64,000 nucleotides of DNA from an uncultured Candidatus Saccharibacteria bacterium (GTDB lineage: Bacteria; Patescibacteriota; Minisyncoccia; UBA6257; 1-14-0-10-40-38), in assembly GCA_964543265.1 (NCBI GenBank), contig CAZIWN010000002.1:29554-93553 (forward strand), written 5' to 3'. Each line of letters starts with the position of its first letter. Position 1 is the stretch's first letter. The notes below the pieces were generated by a model. It saw only the letters and a list, made by a program, of their open reading frames with translations. It ran no database searches and was not told the origin of the DNA. Position numbers and translations under genes: made by a program. Shown here one piece after another: positions 26,207 to 38,742 of this stretch.

Positions 26207-29200
26207 CTAGTCTTTTAATGGCATTTCAGAATTCTCGTCGACGCTTTTTATCAATTCAATGTCGAATGCTAAAGATTTTAACTCATTTACTAACACATTG
26301 AACGATGCTGGGATATTAGGAGTTTTTATTTCTTGTCCCCTTATTATAGATTCGTAAGCAGATGATCTTCCTAAAATATCGTCAGATTTTGTTGTGAGCA
26401 TTTCTTGCAGAATATTTGCCGCTCCATACCCTTCCAATGCCCAGACTTCCATTTCTCCAAATCTCTGACCTCCGAACTGGGCTTTTCCTCCCAATGGTTG
26501 TTGAGTTATTAAGGAGTATGGTCCGATTGACCTCATGTGGATCTTATCTTCAACTAAGTGGTTAAGTTTCAACATATAAATAACTCCAACAGTAACCGGT
26601 TGAGCAAATGGCATTCCAGTTCTTCCATCGAAAAGCACCGATTTTCCAGTATCAGAAAAACCAGCCTTTCTAAGTTCGGTTTTAATTTCTTCTTCCGTAG
26701 CTCCAGAAAGCGCTGGGGTTTCAGCTCTATATCCAAGTTTTTTAGCTGCCATTCCCAAATGAATCTCGAACATTTGTCCCAGGTTCATACGAGAAACTAT
26801 TCCTAATGGATTAAGGACTATGTCAACAGGAGTTCCATCTTCCAAATAAGGCATATCTTCAACTGGTCTTACCTGTGAAATAACACCCTTATTTCCATGT
26901 CTTCCAGACAACTTGTCTCCAGCTTGAACTTTTCTTAATTGAGCGATTTCAACTTGAATCCTCTTAATAATTCCGGGCTCCAACTTATCACTAAACTCCC
27001 TAGACTTAACTTTGATATTAACAATTCTTCCTGTTTTTCCGTGAGGCAAAACTAAAGAAGTATCCTTAACATCTCTAGCTTTTTCTCCGAAAATAGCTCT
27101 CAAAAGTCTTTCTTCGGAAGTTAATTCACTCTCTCCTTTTGGAGAAATTTTTCCAACTAAAATATCCCCAGCCTTAACCTCGGCTCCAATTCTTATAATT
27201 CCATCCTCGTCTAGATTCTTAAGTTTTTCCTCTGATACGTTTGGAATATCTGGAGTTGTCATTTCGGGTCCAAGCTTAGTGTCACGAACATCACATTCAT
27301 ATTCTTCTATGTGAATTGACGTAAATAAATCGCTCTCTACAACCCTCTCAGAAAGAACAATGGCATCTTCATGGTTTGCGCCCTCCCAAGACAAGAATGC
27401 AACGGTTAAATTCTGCCCCAAAGCCAAAGTGCCGTTTTCTATAGAAGGACCATCTGCCAAAACATCTCCCTTCTTAATCTTGTCACCCTTAGAGACAACT
27501 GGTTTCTGAGAAATACAGGTGAATTGGTTAGATCTCTTAAATTTAATCAAATCAAACTTCTTAATCTCAGATTTTGTTTTTAGCGTAATGTGAGCACTAT
27601 CAACGCTTTCAACAACTCCATCTTCCGGAGCAATCAAAAGATAACCAGAATCTCTAGCAACTTTTTTCTCCATTCCAGTTCCTACATAAGGAGCTCTTGC
27701 TTTAACAGAAACAACAGCCTGCCTTTGCATGTTAGAACCCATTCCTGCCCTATTAGCATCAGTGTGCTCCAAAAATGGAACCAATGACGTTCCAATACTG
27801 AAAGCTTGTCTTGGAGCAACGTCTATTAGTGTAATTTCATCCTTAGAACAAATACCTGGTTTTCCAAAAATTCTAGCTCCCACTATTTCATCAATAATTT
27901 TTCCGGTCTTATAATCAATATTAATTCCAGCATGAGCTATTTTTTCCTTCTCCTCTTCTAATGCATCTAACCAAACTATTTCATCTGTCATTTTTGCATT
28001 CTTAACAACCACATAAGGAGTTTCCAAGAAGCCGAATTCATTAATTTTTATAAAACTCGCAAAATAGTTAATCAAACCTATGCTTGATCCTTCAGGGGTT
28101 TGAATTGGACAAATTCTTCCATAATGAGATTGGTGAACGTCTCTTACTTCAAATCCGGCCCTATCCTTATTCAATCCTCCTCCAGGTCCTAGAGCTGAAA
28201 TTCTTCTCTTGTGCTCAACTTCAGATAATGGATTTACCTGATCCATAAACTGTGATAATTGAGATGAAGAGAAAAATTCTCTTATTACAGAAATTAGTGG
28301 CTTTGAATTAACTAATTGCAAAGGAGAGATGGTGTCATCGCTTATAGTGGACATCCTGTCTTGAATAATCCTTCTCATTCTAGCCAATCCTACTCTCATC
28401 TTTGATTGTATAAGCTCACCAACAGCTTTCACGCGCCTATTTCCAAGATGGTCTATATCATCTGGCTCTGAAGATTGATCGTTATTCAACTTAATTATCT
28501 CCCTTAAAATAGCTATTAAAATATTTGCATTCAAAAGTCTATCCGTCGCCTTCTCTTTAAGACCCAATCTGCTCATGGTCTTAAACCAACCGACATCAGA
28601 AAGATCATATCTATCGGTCCTGAAAAATATTGAGTCAATTAAACTCTTCATATTTTCAATAGTAGCCAAATCCCCCGGCCTAACCCTCTTATAAACCTCA
28701 ATATAAGACTCATCCAACGTCTTAGTTTCGCTCTTTTTTAAGGTAGTTTCGATATATTTAATTGGACCATTATCAACATCCTTCAAAAGAGTTGAAAAAT
28801 CATCTATTCCAAAAATGCGCAAAATATCAGTTGCAGCAACCTTTCTCTTTCTATCAATTTTAATTCCTATAAAACCATCTGAATCAGTTTCAAATTCAAT
28901 CCAAACTCCACGGCCTGGAATTATTTTTGCTCCAAACAACTTCTTCCCTCTCCAAAGATTGGCGGTGAAATACACTCCAGGAGATCTAATAAGCTGAGAA
29001 ATAACAACTCTTTCAACTCCATTAATAATAAAAGTTCCCCTGTCTGTCATAACAGGAAAATCTCCGAAATAAACCTCTTGAGTTTTTTCGTCGTTCAACT
29101 TTTTATTAATCAATTTAACCTTAACCCTTAAAGAAGCTTCGTAGGTTAAATCTTTTAGTCTTGATTGATTCTCGTCGTACTTAGGTTCATCAAAATAGTA

Positions 29201-29389
29201 ATCAACGAAATGAACCTCATACTCTTTTCCGGTATAGTCCTTAATAGGAGAAACTTCCTTGAATAATTCTTTTAATCCATCTTTCTTAAACCACTCATAA
29301 GAATTAATTTGGATTTCTGCTAAGTGATCTTGAGTTGCAAAAGATCCTGGATGAGCAGAAAAAACCTTTACAGGAAGCTGATTCTTCAT
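26207..29389 (-). CDS. rpoB: DNA-directed RNA polymerase subunit beta (compact, 1060 aa)
   Basis: Rif-cluster region ...FFSSSQLSQFMDQVNPLSEVEHKRRISALGPGG..., conserved GEMEVWALEGYGAA near the C-terminus. 17-nt gap to rpoC. Confidence 0.95.
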   Translation of the reverse strand: MKNQLPVKVFSAHPGSFATQDHLAEIQINSYEWFKKDGLKELFKEVSPIKDYTGKEYEVHFVDYYFDEPKYDENQSRLKDLTYEASLRVKVKLINKKLNDEKTQEVYFGDFPVMTDRGTFIINGVERVVISQLIRSPGVYFTANLWRGKKLFGAKIIPGRGVWIEFETDSDGFIGIKIDRKRKVAATDILRIFGIDDFSTLLKDVDNGPIKYIETTLKKSETKTLDESYIEVYKRVRPGDLATIENMKSLIDSIFFRTDRYDLSDVGWFKTMSRLGLKEKATDRLLNANILIAILREIIKLNNDQSSEPDDIDHLGNRRVKAVGELIQSKMRVGLARMRRIIQDRMSTISDDTISPLQLVNSKPLISVIREFFSSSQLSQFMDQVNPLSEVEHKRRISALGPGGGLNKDRAGFEVRDVHQSHYGRICPIQTPEGSSIGLINYFASFIKINEFGFLETPYVVVKNAKMTDEIVWLDALEEEKEKIAHAGINIDYKTGKIIDEIVGARIFGKPGICSKDEITLIDVAPRQAFSIGTSLVPFLEHTDANRAGMGSNMQRQAVVSVKARAPYVGTGMEKKVARDSGYLLIAPEDGVVESVDSAHITLKTKSEIKKFDLIKFKRSNQFTCISQKPVVSKGDKIKKGDVLADGPSIENGTLALGQNLTVAFLSWEGANHEDAIVLSERVVESDLFTSIHIEEYECDVRDTKLGPEMTTPDIPNVSEEKLKNLDEDGIIRIGAEVKAGDILVGKISPKGESELTSEERLLRAIFGEKARDVKDTSLVLPHGKTGRIVNIKVKSREFSDKLEPGIIKRIQVEIAQLRKVQAGDKLSGRHGNKGVISQVRPVEDMPYLEDGTPVDIVLNPLGIVSRMNLGQMFEIHLGMAAKKLGYRAETPALSGATEEEIKTELRKAGFSDTGKSVLFDGRTGMPFAQPVTVGVIYMLKLNHLVEDKIHMRSIGPYSLITQQPLGGKAQFGGQRFGEMEVWALEGYGAANILQEMLTTKSDDILGRSSAYESIIRGQEIKTPNIPASFNVLVNELKSLAFDIELIKSVDENSEMPLKD

Positions 29390-29614
29390 AAAATTTAAAT
29401 TAATTTATTTTAATAAAAACGAATCAAAACTAACTTCTGACTATGTATATTTATTTATATTAATAACCAAGAAGACAAAAAATCCCCGCGTCTGCGACGA
29501 TTTTCTTATTTTTTAAAATTTTTGCTTATTTAGACAAATCACAATATACTAACATGCCATTTTTTTAAATGCAAGTCCTCTTGACTAACAGGTCAAAATA
29601 AGCATATCAAGCAC

Positions 29615-30652
29615 CTACAATCCTAAGTGGGTAGATCTGTTTGCGGTATGCTCATCAAAGTCTACTGAAAATATTGTCTTCTTTGATTTTGGGTTAGATA
29701 AGTAATAAAAATAAGGTGATTTTTTAGGATTCAATGCGGCTAAAATCGCATCCTTTCCAGGATTTGATATTGGTCCAGCCGGCAAACCAGAAACAAAATA
29801 TGTATTATATTCAGATTTTAAAGAAAAGTCTGATTTCGATAAAGAACCACATTTATTTAAGTCACCACCAGCACCAAGTAGATCTAAACATTTTGCATAT
29901 ATAACACTAGCATCCACCTGTAGAGGCATTCCCAAAATATATCTTTTCCATAAAATACCAGAAACAATAAGTCTATCCGCCTGAAGTGGAACTTCTTTTT
30001 CTATAATCGAGGCCATCTTTAAAACATCATAAAAAGATGGAGTTATTCCGCTAAGATAACTTATTAATCTGCCATCCGCATCAAATAACGGTAATGCTTT
30101 CTCTTTAAAATTATTAAGGGCCAATTTAATAAAACTTTTTATATCTGATGTTTGAGCTATGTTGTAAGTATCTGGAAATATAAATCCTTCCAAATTAGAA
30201 ACTCCCTTTAAAAAATCAAACTCCTGGGCAAAATCAGATGCCCTATAATTCAACAGCTCTCCCCCATCAATCATACCTAGTTCCGTTAACTGATTTTCTA
30301 TAGAAAACAAATTTTTACCCTCTGTTATTAAAAATTTAAAGTCTTTTGGACCATCAACAAAATCAGAAACTATTTTAAAAACAGAATCATCATCTTTTAT
30401 TTGATAAAATCCCGGCTTCATCTTGTGGGCTCTTCCAGTTAAAATCGTCCAAACTTCAAAAGTTATTCTTGATCTTATACCGCCCATAGATTCCAATCTT
30501 TTTGATATCTCCGAAACGCCATCACCCCTCTCTATTTTAAAAGCATCTATATTGTTTCCAGCTGGTCTAGCTAAATAAAAAAAATATGCTAAAAATAATA
30601 AAAATATTATGCTAATTATTCCCCCCAAAAACACTTTTTTACTATGATTCAT
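29615..30652 (-). CDS. mltG: endolytic murein transglycosylase MltG/YceG family
   Basis: N-terminal TM, then EGFIFPDTY, MASIIEKE, GMPLQVDASVIY, YNTYFVSGLPAGPISNPG. These blocks match the YceG family consensus. Confidence 0.8.
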   Translation of the reverse strand: MNHSKKVFLGGIISIIFLLFLAYFFYLARPAGNNIDAFKIERGDGVSEISKRLESMGGIRSRITFEVWTILTGRAHKMKPGFYQIKDDDSVFKIVSDFVDGPKDFKFLITEGKNLFSIENQLTELGMIDGGELLNYRASDFAQEFDFLKGVSNLEGFIFPDTYNIAQTSDIKSFIKLALNNFKEKALPLFDADGRLISYLSGITPSFYDVLKMASIIEKEVPLQADRLIVSGILWKRYILGMPLQVDASVIYAKCLDLLGAGGDLNKCGSLSKSDFSLKSEYNTYFVSGLPAGPISNPGKDAILAALNPKKSPYFYYLSNPKSKKTIFSVDFDEHTANRSTHLGL

Positions 30653-30699
30653 GATTTAACTCTTTATATCTTAAAATTTTTATTTCAGAAAATAGATAA

Positions 30700-31773
30700 C
30701 TAAAACACTGATACCCTATAGGCACCCTGTACGATCCCCATCAAAATCGCCTTGGTAATAAAAGAAGATCCACCATAACTCAAGAATGGAAAGGTTACTC
30801 CTACAACGGGCGTAAGTCCTAGATTTGAGCCAATATTTAAAAATAATTCGACAAGCAGCAAGCTAGCAGATCCTAATGCGAATAGTTTTAAAAAATTTCC
30901 CTGAGTCTTCAAACTTATAACCAAGATTCTATAGATAATAACCGCAAAAGCAGACAAAATCAAAATTCCACCAAACAGTCCCCACTCTTCAACGAAAGCA
31001 GAAAAAATAAAATCGGTCGACGGCTCCGTTAAAAAACCTAAATGAGTCTGGGTTCCTTGAGAAAAACCCTTTCCAAAAAACCCAGCCGACCCCACGGCAA
31101 TTTTAGCCTGATTAGTGCTGTAATTAATTCCTAAAACATCATAACTTGGATTTAAAAATCCGATAATCCTCTCTTTTTGATAATCTTTAAAAAGGAAAAA
31201 CCAGGAAAAAACACCAAGCAACAAAAACACAAATCCGCCCAACACAACTTTCTTAAATGGCAACCCACCCACCAATAAAAATGTTATCCAGACAGATATT
31301 AAAACCATAGCAGAACCCCAGTCCGGTTCTTTAAAAATTATAAAAGCAGGAACTGCTAAATAAAAAAAGCTCACTGCTATTACGGAAAAATTTGCTATTC
31401 CAACATGTCTTTTTCCAAAAAAATAAGAAAATATAATTATTAAAGCAATCTTGGTTAGCTCTGATGGCTGAAATCTAAAAAACCCTATATCGATCCAACC
31501 CCTAGATTCTCTAACTATTGGAGCAAAGAAAGTTAAACAAAGTAAAATTACACTGAAAAGATAAACTCCAAAAATAAACCACCTATAATTAGATATGGCC
31601 CGCCAATCAACTGAAGATAAAAAAAATATTATCAAAAAAGAAAACAATACCCATATCAATTGCTGATAAAATATAGCATTAGAAATACTCAACAACTGAA
31701 CAAGGCTTGCGCCCGATAAAAATAAAATTGCCAAATTTAAAACCCAATCCTGTCTCTTAAAAAATGAAATCAT
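30700..31773 (-). CDS. SEDS-family peptidoglycan glycosyltransferase (RodA/FtsW)
   Basis: 357 aa, ~10 TM. Conserved PSELTK, TDFIFSAFVEEWGLFGG, SYGGSSF blocks. Confidence 0.8.
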   Translation of the reverse strand: MISFFKRQDWVLNLAILFLSGASLVQLLSISNAIFYQQLIWVLFSFLIIFFLSSVDWRAISNYRWFIFGVYLFSVILLCLTFFAPIVRESRGWIDIGFFRFQPSELTKIALIIIFSYFFGKRHVGIANFSVIAVSFFYLAVPAFIIFKEPDWGSAMVLISVWITFLLVGGLPFKKVVLGGFVFLLLGVFSWFFLFKDYQKERIIGFLNPSYDVLGINYSTNQAKIAVGSAGFFGKGFSQGTQTHLGFLTEPSTDFIFSAFVEEWGLFGGILILSAFAVIIYRILVISLKTQGNFLKLFALGSASLLLVELFLNIGSNLGLTPVVGVTFPFLSYGGSSFITKAILMGIVQGAYRVSVF

Positions 31774-31775
31774 AA

Positions 31776-32537
31776 TTATCTCTTGGAAGAGACTGAAACC
31801 TTAACAGAATTTCTATCAATTGTCTCAAAATTAATAATTGGAATAATAATTAAAAAATCTTTTTCTCCAAATTCTGATATGTTCTCTATAAATGTTTGAG
31901 AAGCGCCAGACAAGATGCCTAAATTATTTTCAACGGTTGCCAATATCTCTGATTTAGAAACGCTTCCAGCTTCTCCATTGTTCACAATACCGCTTATCCT
32001 TATCTTTCTTGCCGCATCATCAAACTCATATTTAACCTCTCTTAAGCTAATTTTAGGGGAATAAAAACCGCTCTTATTTTTCCATTTAAAATCAGAAAAG
32101 CTAATCTCTGTTTTTATAATATTTTTAGTTTCAAATTTTATTCCAAAATTAACTATTTTTTTAACCTCTCCGGGATATATAAAAGATTCTCCCGAAATAC
32201 TTCCCGCTAAAGAATTATTTGGGTTAAAAAAATCAACTTTATAAATAAAACTTTCCGCCCCCCATTCTAAATTAGGATTAATAACATCAAAAACCGCAGA
32301 CTTATATCCATCTCCATAAACAATATCAACATTACTATATTTAAATTGCTTTAAAGCCTGTAGGGCGCAAGGAGCACAACTTCCGCCACAGTCGACCCCC
32401 TCTTCTCCTACATCCTTATAGTTATTAGTACAACTTGGCGCTGGAATCAAAAAAGACTTCCAAAACAAAAAACCTATTCCAATCCAAACAAAAAGAAAAA
32501 AAGCTCCATAAATTAACTGTTTAAAAAATCGTTTCAT
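31776..32537 (-). CDS. hypothetical membrane-anchored protein with Cys-rich motif (C-x9-C-GGSC-x-PC)
   Basis: 253 aa, one N-terminal TM, 3-nt gap to rodA. No recognisable family. Confidence 0.5.
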   Translation of the reverse strand: MKRFFKQLIYGAFFLFVWIGIGFLFWKSFLIPAPSCTNNYKDVGEEGVDCGGSCAPCALQALKQFKYSNVDIVYGDGYKSAVFDVINPNLEWGAESFIYKVDFFNPNNSLAGSISGESFIYPGEVKKIVNFGIKFETKNIIKTEISFSDFKWKNKSGFYSPKISLREVKYEFDDAARKIRISGIVNNGEAGSVSKSEILATVENNLGILSGASQTFIENISEFGEKDFLIIIPIINFETIDRNSVKVSVSSKR

Positions 32538-32583
32538 TTTGCATAAATTTTACCATTTCTTATATATAAATTACTAGAAGATT

Positions 32584-32611
32584 AAAAAAACACGACTTTC
32601 ATCGTGTTTTT
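32584..32611 (-). terminator. rho-independent terminator of the 23S-5S rRNA operon
   Basis: aaaaaaACACGActttcaTCGTGTttttt, about 45 nt downstream of the 5S 3' end. Confidence 0.65.
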
Positions 32612-32666
32612 CAATTAATAACTTAATAAGTTGATCTTCAATACTTTCGCGCTTCTGAATTTTTAA

Positions 32667-32785
32667 CTGCCGGCATAGCCTACTTTCCCGACCACCAAAG
32701 CAGCAAGTATCATCAGCTTTATACGGTTTCACTTCCGAGTTCGGAAAGGGATCGGGTGGGTCACGTATAAACAAAACACCAGCAG
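32667..32785 (-). rRNA. rrf: 5S rRNA
   Basis: Minus-strand sequence CTGCTGG...CCGAACTCGGAAGTGAAAC...GGTCGGGAAAGTAGGCTATGCCGGCAG has the helix I closing pair and the conserved CCGAAC/GAAGTGAAAC loop C region. ~119 nt. Confidence 0.85.
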
Positions 32786-32911
32786 ATAAAAATCCAGAAA
32801 CGTTAATAAAGAATATATTTATAGAATCAATAACCGATACAAAATAGTCATTTGGACTTTAAATTTTGATATTTAAAGTTATCATAACGTGCTTTCCGTT
32901 ACGAAAAATAT

Positions 32912-36028
<3,117 letters not shown>

Positions 36029-36149
36029 ACATATATATTTCTCGTAACGGAAAATACATTATTTCCCGTTACTTAAAGTAATTTCACAAATGACTTGTTG
36101 TCTTTCATTCTACTTAAAAATGCTCTTTTGTACCTGTGTATTTCTACAC

Positions 36150-36180
36150 AATATATTACTTTACTCTCTTGAAAATCAAC
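36150..36180 (-). promoter_or_regulatory. candidate sigma-70 promoter for the 23S-5S operon (TTGATT-N18-TATATT)
   Basis: On the minus strand, TTGATTttcaagagagtaaagtaaTATATT lies between the upstream terminator (36264..36299) and the 23S 5' end. Sequence-only guess. Confidence 0.25.
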
Positions 36181-36263
36181 TTATTAAATTATCAATGTCC
36201 ACTCGTTTCAATCGTATTTTCTTGACTGTCCGATCCTAAGCTCATCACTTCTCAGATTCGGAT

Positions 36264-36299
36264 AGTCAAAAATAAAAGCCGCTATTTAAGCGGCTTTTA
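36264..36299 (-). terminator. rho-independent terminator downstream of the 36501..37187 gene
   Basis: aaaaGCCGCttaaataGCGGCtttt followed on the minus strand by tatttttgac. Confidence 0.55.
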
Positions 36300-36500
36300 C
36301 AAGGGCGAACTAAAAGCAAATTAGGACCGCTTAAAAAGGCTGATATTTATATGTGAAATTAACATCTATAGTTAGTAAGGATAAGTATATCCATAGAAAT
36401 CCTCTTGTCAAGCACTTACGTTGTCCACAATGTAAAAAGATACAACTTCTATAAAAAATCCCCCGATTAAGGGGAATTTTTTATTCATGAGTTACTAAAC

Positions 36501-37187
36501 TTAAGAATGATTATCAAACTCATCCTTCATTCTAGAAATCCACTTATCGGCGTGATCCTTGCCACCTAATCCGAAGGCTAATCCTCCAGCTATAGCAAGC
36601 ATAGCCACAAGTCCAGTTATTAATGTATTAATAATCTGAACAGCAACTCCCAACTGTGAAAGGGCTGCTAAAAATCCGAAGACTACAACTCCCCACCAAG
36701 CAACTTCGCCAAGAGTCTTTCCAGAATGCATTTTAACACCCATAACAGAAGCTCTCACGAAATGTTTAACAAACTTTGCTGCAACCATTGCCGCTAAAAG
36801 AATAAGTGAAGCAATGATAACGTTTGGAATATAGCTCAACACTCCCTGTATAAATCCAGACAAGGCAGTGAATCCCAATATATCAGAAGCTGCTAAGAAG
36901 AATACTAAAATGAAAAACCAATAAACTATTCTTCCTAAAAAGTTTCCAGAATTAAGCTTCATGTTTCCTCTCTGCATAAAGCTATCCATTCCGACTTGCT
37001 TCAATATATTATCTAGCTTCAAATAGAAAACTATTCTTTCTACTAATTTTTCTAATGCAGCTGCGACTATTATTCCAACAACTATTGTTATTAAAGCTCC
37101 GACTAGTGATGGTAAAAAACCAGCAACTCTCAACCATAGGTTATAAAACGAGCTGGTTAAAGCCTCTATCCAATTTTGAAAAACCAT
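36501..37187 (-). CDS. polytopic membrane protein with conserved-TM-helix repeats (MscS-like N-terminal type)
   Basis: 228 aa. Repeated amphipathic TM units LVGALITIVVGIIVAAALEKLVERIV / VIIASLILLAAMVAAKFVKHFV / GVAVQIINTLITGLVAMLAIAGG. Confidence 0.55.
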   Translation of the reverse strand: MVFQNWIEALTSSFYNLWLRVAGFLPSLVGALITIVVGIIVAAALEKLVERIVFYLKLDNILKQVGMDSFMQRGNMKLNSGNFLGRIVYWFFILVFFLAASDILGFTALSGFIQGVLSYIPNVIIASLILLAAMVAAKFVKHFVRASVMGVKMHSGKTLGEVAWWGVVVFGFLAALSQLGVAVQIINTLITGLVAMLAIAGGLAFGLGGKDHADKWISRMKDEFDNHS

Positions 37188-37273
37188 ATATTTTTATAAT
37201 TTAAACGCGACCAATTAATAATATTACTTATTTTATAAGTATAACCCTTTTAATTTAAATTAGTATGTTAATA

Positions 37274-37301
37274 AAACAAGCGGCCTTATGGCCGCTTGTT
37301 T
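37274..37301 (-). terminator. hairpin terminator after the 37319..37537 gene
   Basis: AAAACAAGCGGCC-tta-TGGCCGCTTGTTTT, a 13-bp perfect stem 18 nt past the stop. Flanking T-runs are short. Confidence 0.55.
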
Positions 37302-37318
37302 TATTATTCTAAATAATA

Positions 37319-37537
37319 TTATTTCAACTCTTTCTCTATATTGTTTAATTCATTTTCTAAACTAGAAGTATCTAACGCTCTAAGATCGCTTTCCGCGCTT
37401 GCAGTATTAGAAACTTGATCCTGATTATTAGATTGTTGCTGGTTCTTAGAACTTCCTACAAATAAATACACCAATCCCCCCAAAACAATCACTCCAAGTA
37501 TTATCCATAATCCTCCAGATTTCTTTTGTGGTTCCAT
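37319..37537 (-). CDS. small membrane protein (one TM, Gln/Asn-rich tail)
   Basis: 72 aa; WIILGVIVLGGLVYLFVG is a TM segment. Followed by a strong hairpin. Confidence 0.4.
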   Translation of the reverse strand: MEPQKKSGGLWIILGVIVLGGLVYLFVGSSKNQQQSNNQDQVSNTASAESDLRALDTSSLENELNNIEKELK

Positions 37538-37566
37538 ATTTTTTAATTAATTTTATTAATTATCTT

Positions 37567-38487
37567 TTAATTATTTGTTGTTTGTGTAGTGCTAGTTGCT
37601 TGACTCTCTCCCCTTAAAGATCTTATTTGAGGAATTAAATCCATAAGTTCCTTATGAGCAGCCCTGATTGCTTCAGCAACTTTTTTTCCAGAACTCTTAA
37701 CTGTATTAAATTCAGATTTTGGATCCGTAGATGAAGTCATTTTAGTATAAGCAGATTGGAATTCGGTCAAAGCAGATTCTGCCTCAGAAATATCAACCTT
37801 AGCATCGGCAAGCATTGATGAAAGACTTACTACATCTTTTCCCGCCTGAGATAAAATATTAATTTCAGATTCTATTTTTGAAGAAACTTCGTTCAATTTT
37901 TCTATATGCTTTGTAAAATTAGCTAAAGCATTTTCTATAGATTTTGAAATATTTTCTGATTTTTCAGATGCCCTATCTCCAAATTTTGCCTTTAATCTAT
38001 CCTTTAAATTATTTTTACTTTCTTCAAATTTATTTTTAAACTCTTCCCTTCTATCTTCCATCCTTTTCTTAAGCTCTTCCCTTTCTAAACCCATCTTCTC
38101 AATACGCTCATTTTCTCCAAGCCTCATCCTCTCTTCGATATTTTTCATCATCTCTAATCTATCAGCCCTAAGCTCACCAACATCTTCTCTTAGATCCACA
38201 ACTGCTCCCCTTCTGTCTTGTGTATTGGTCGCATTTTTTATATTTCTAATATCGGTTCTAATTTCTTTTTTATCGTTTCTAATTTCTGGAACGCCCATCT
38301 TTTTAACAGCTCCTTGCGCAGCCTTAAAAGCCTCATACTCCTTCAATGTTTTAAAATCACCCTCCCTTACTACAGCGTTTGGCTGCAAAACCGATGAAGT
38401 TGGTTTGACTTCTTCAGCTAAAGAAATTGAAGGATAAATAACAACTAAAGCAAATAACAAAGTTCCTGTTTTTAAAATTTTATTCAT
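37567..38487 (-). CDS. secreted coiled-coil protein (signal peptide; highly charged)
   Basis: 306 aa. N-terminal LLFALVVIYPSISLA|EE signal peptide, then long KE/R-rich heptad-like helices. Confidence 0.5.
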   Translation of the reverse strand: MNKILKTGTLLFALVVIYPSISLAEEVKPTSSVLQPNAVVREGDFKTLKEYEAFKAAQGAVKKMGVPEIRNDKKEIRTDIRNIKNATNTQDRRGAVVDLREDVGELRADRLEMMKNIEERMRLGENERIEKMGLEREELKKRMEDRREEFKNKFEESKNNLKDRLKAKFGDRASEKSENISKSIENALANFTKHIEKLNEVSSKIESEINILSQAGKDVVSLSSMLADAKVDISEAESALTEFQSAYTKMTSSTDPKSEFNTVKSSGKKVAEAIRAAHKELMDLIPQIRSLRGESQATSTTQTTNN

Positions 38488-38647
38488 TTAATTTTTAATA
38501 ATTTAAAGCGACTCAATATTTAATCAAGTTCATCATATCAGAAAGAATCGACTATGAAAATAGATCGTTGCCCTAATTATTAAACCGTTTTCTAATAGTT
38601 GAATAAAAACATTCCAAATAATACAATTCTAAAGATATCTAATTATT

Positions 38648-38718
38648 GGGCCCGTAGTAAAACGGCATTACGCACCCTTCGCATGGGTGAGGTAGGAGTT
38701 CAATTCTCCTCGGGTCCA
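38648..38718 (+). tRNA. tRNA-Ala, anticodon CGC (71 nt, no encoded CCA)
   Basis: Acceptor GGGCCCG/CGGGTCC with the G3.U70 wobble that is the AlaRS identity element. D-arm GTAA-AACGGCA-TTAC. Anticodon stem CACCC/GGGTG with loop TTCGCAT. T-arm AGGAG-TTCAATT-CTCCT. Confidence 0.8.
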
Positions 38719-38742
38719 CTATTTTACAAAAAAAGAATTGAA

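Noticed and set aside
25546-28997. Short plus-strand ORFs inside rpoC and rpoB (25546..25803, 25893..26183, 26558..26806, 27590..27787, 27729..27914, 28815..28997)
   Set aside because: Antisense to highly conserved RNAP genes. Low-complexity S/L/F-rich translations typical of antisense frames in AT-rich DNA.
29390-29614. Weak GC hairpin (CGTC-tgc-GACG) and TTGAC/GTCAA inverted repeat in the mltG-rpoB intergenic region
   Set aside because: The stems are too short (4 to 5 bp), and there is no adjacent T-tract on the transcribed strand. They are more likely chance structure within the rpoB promoter region.
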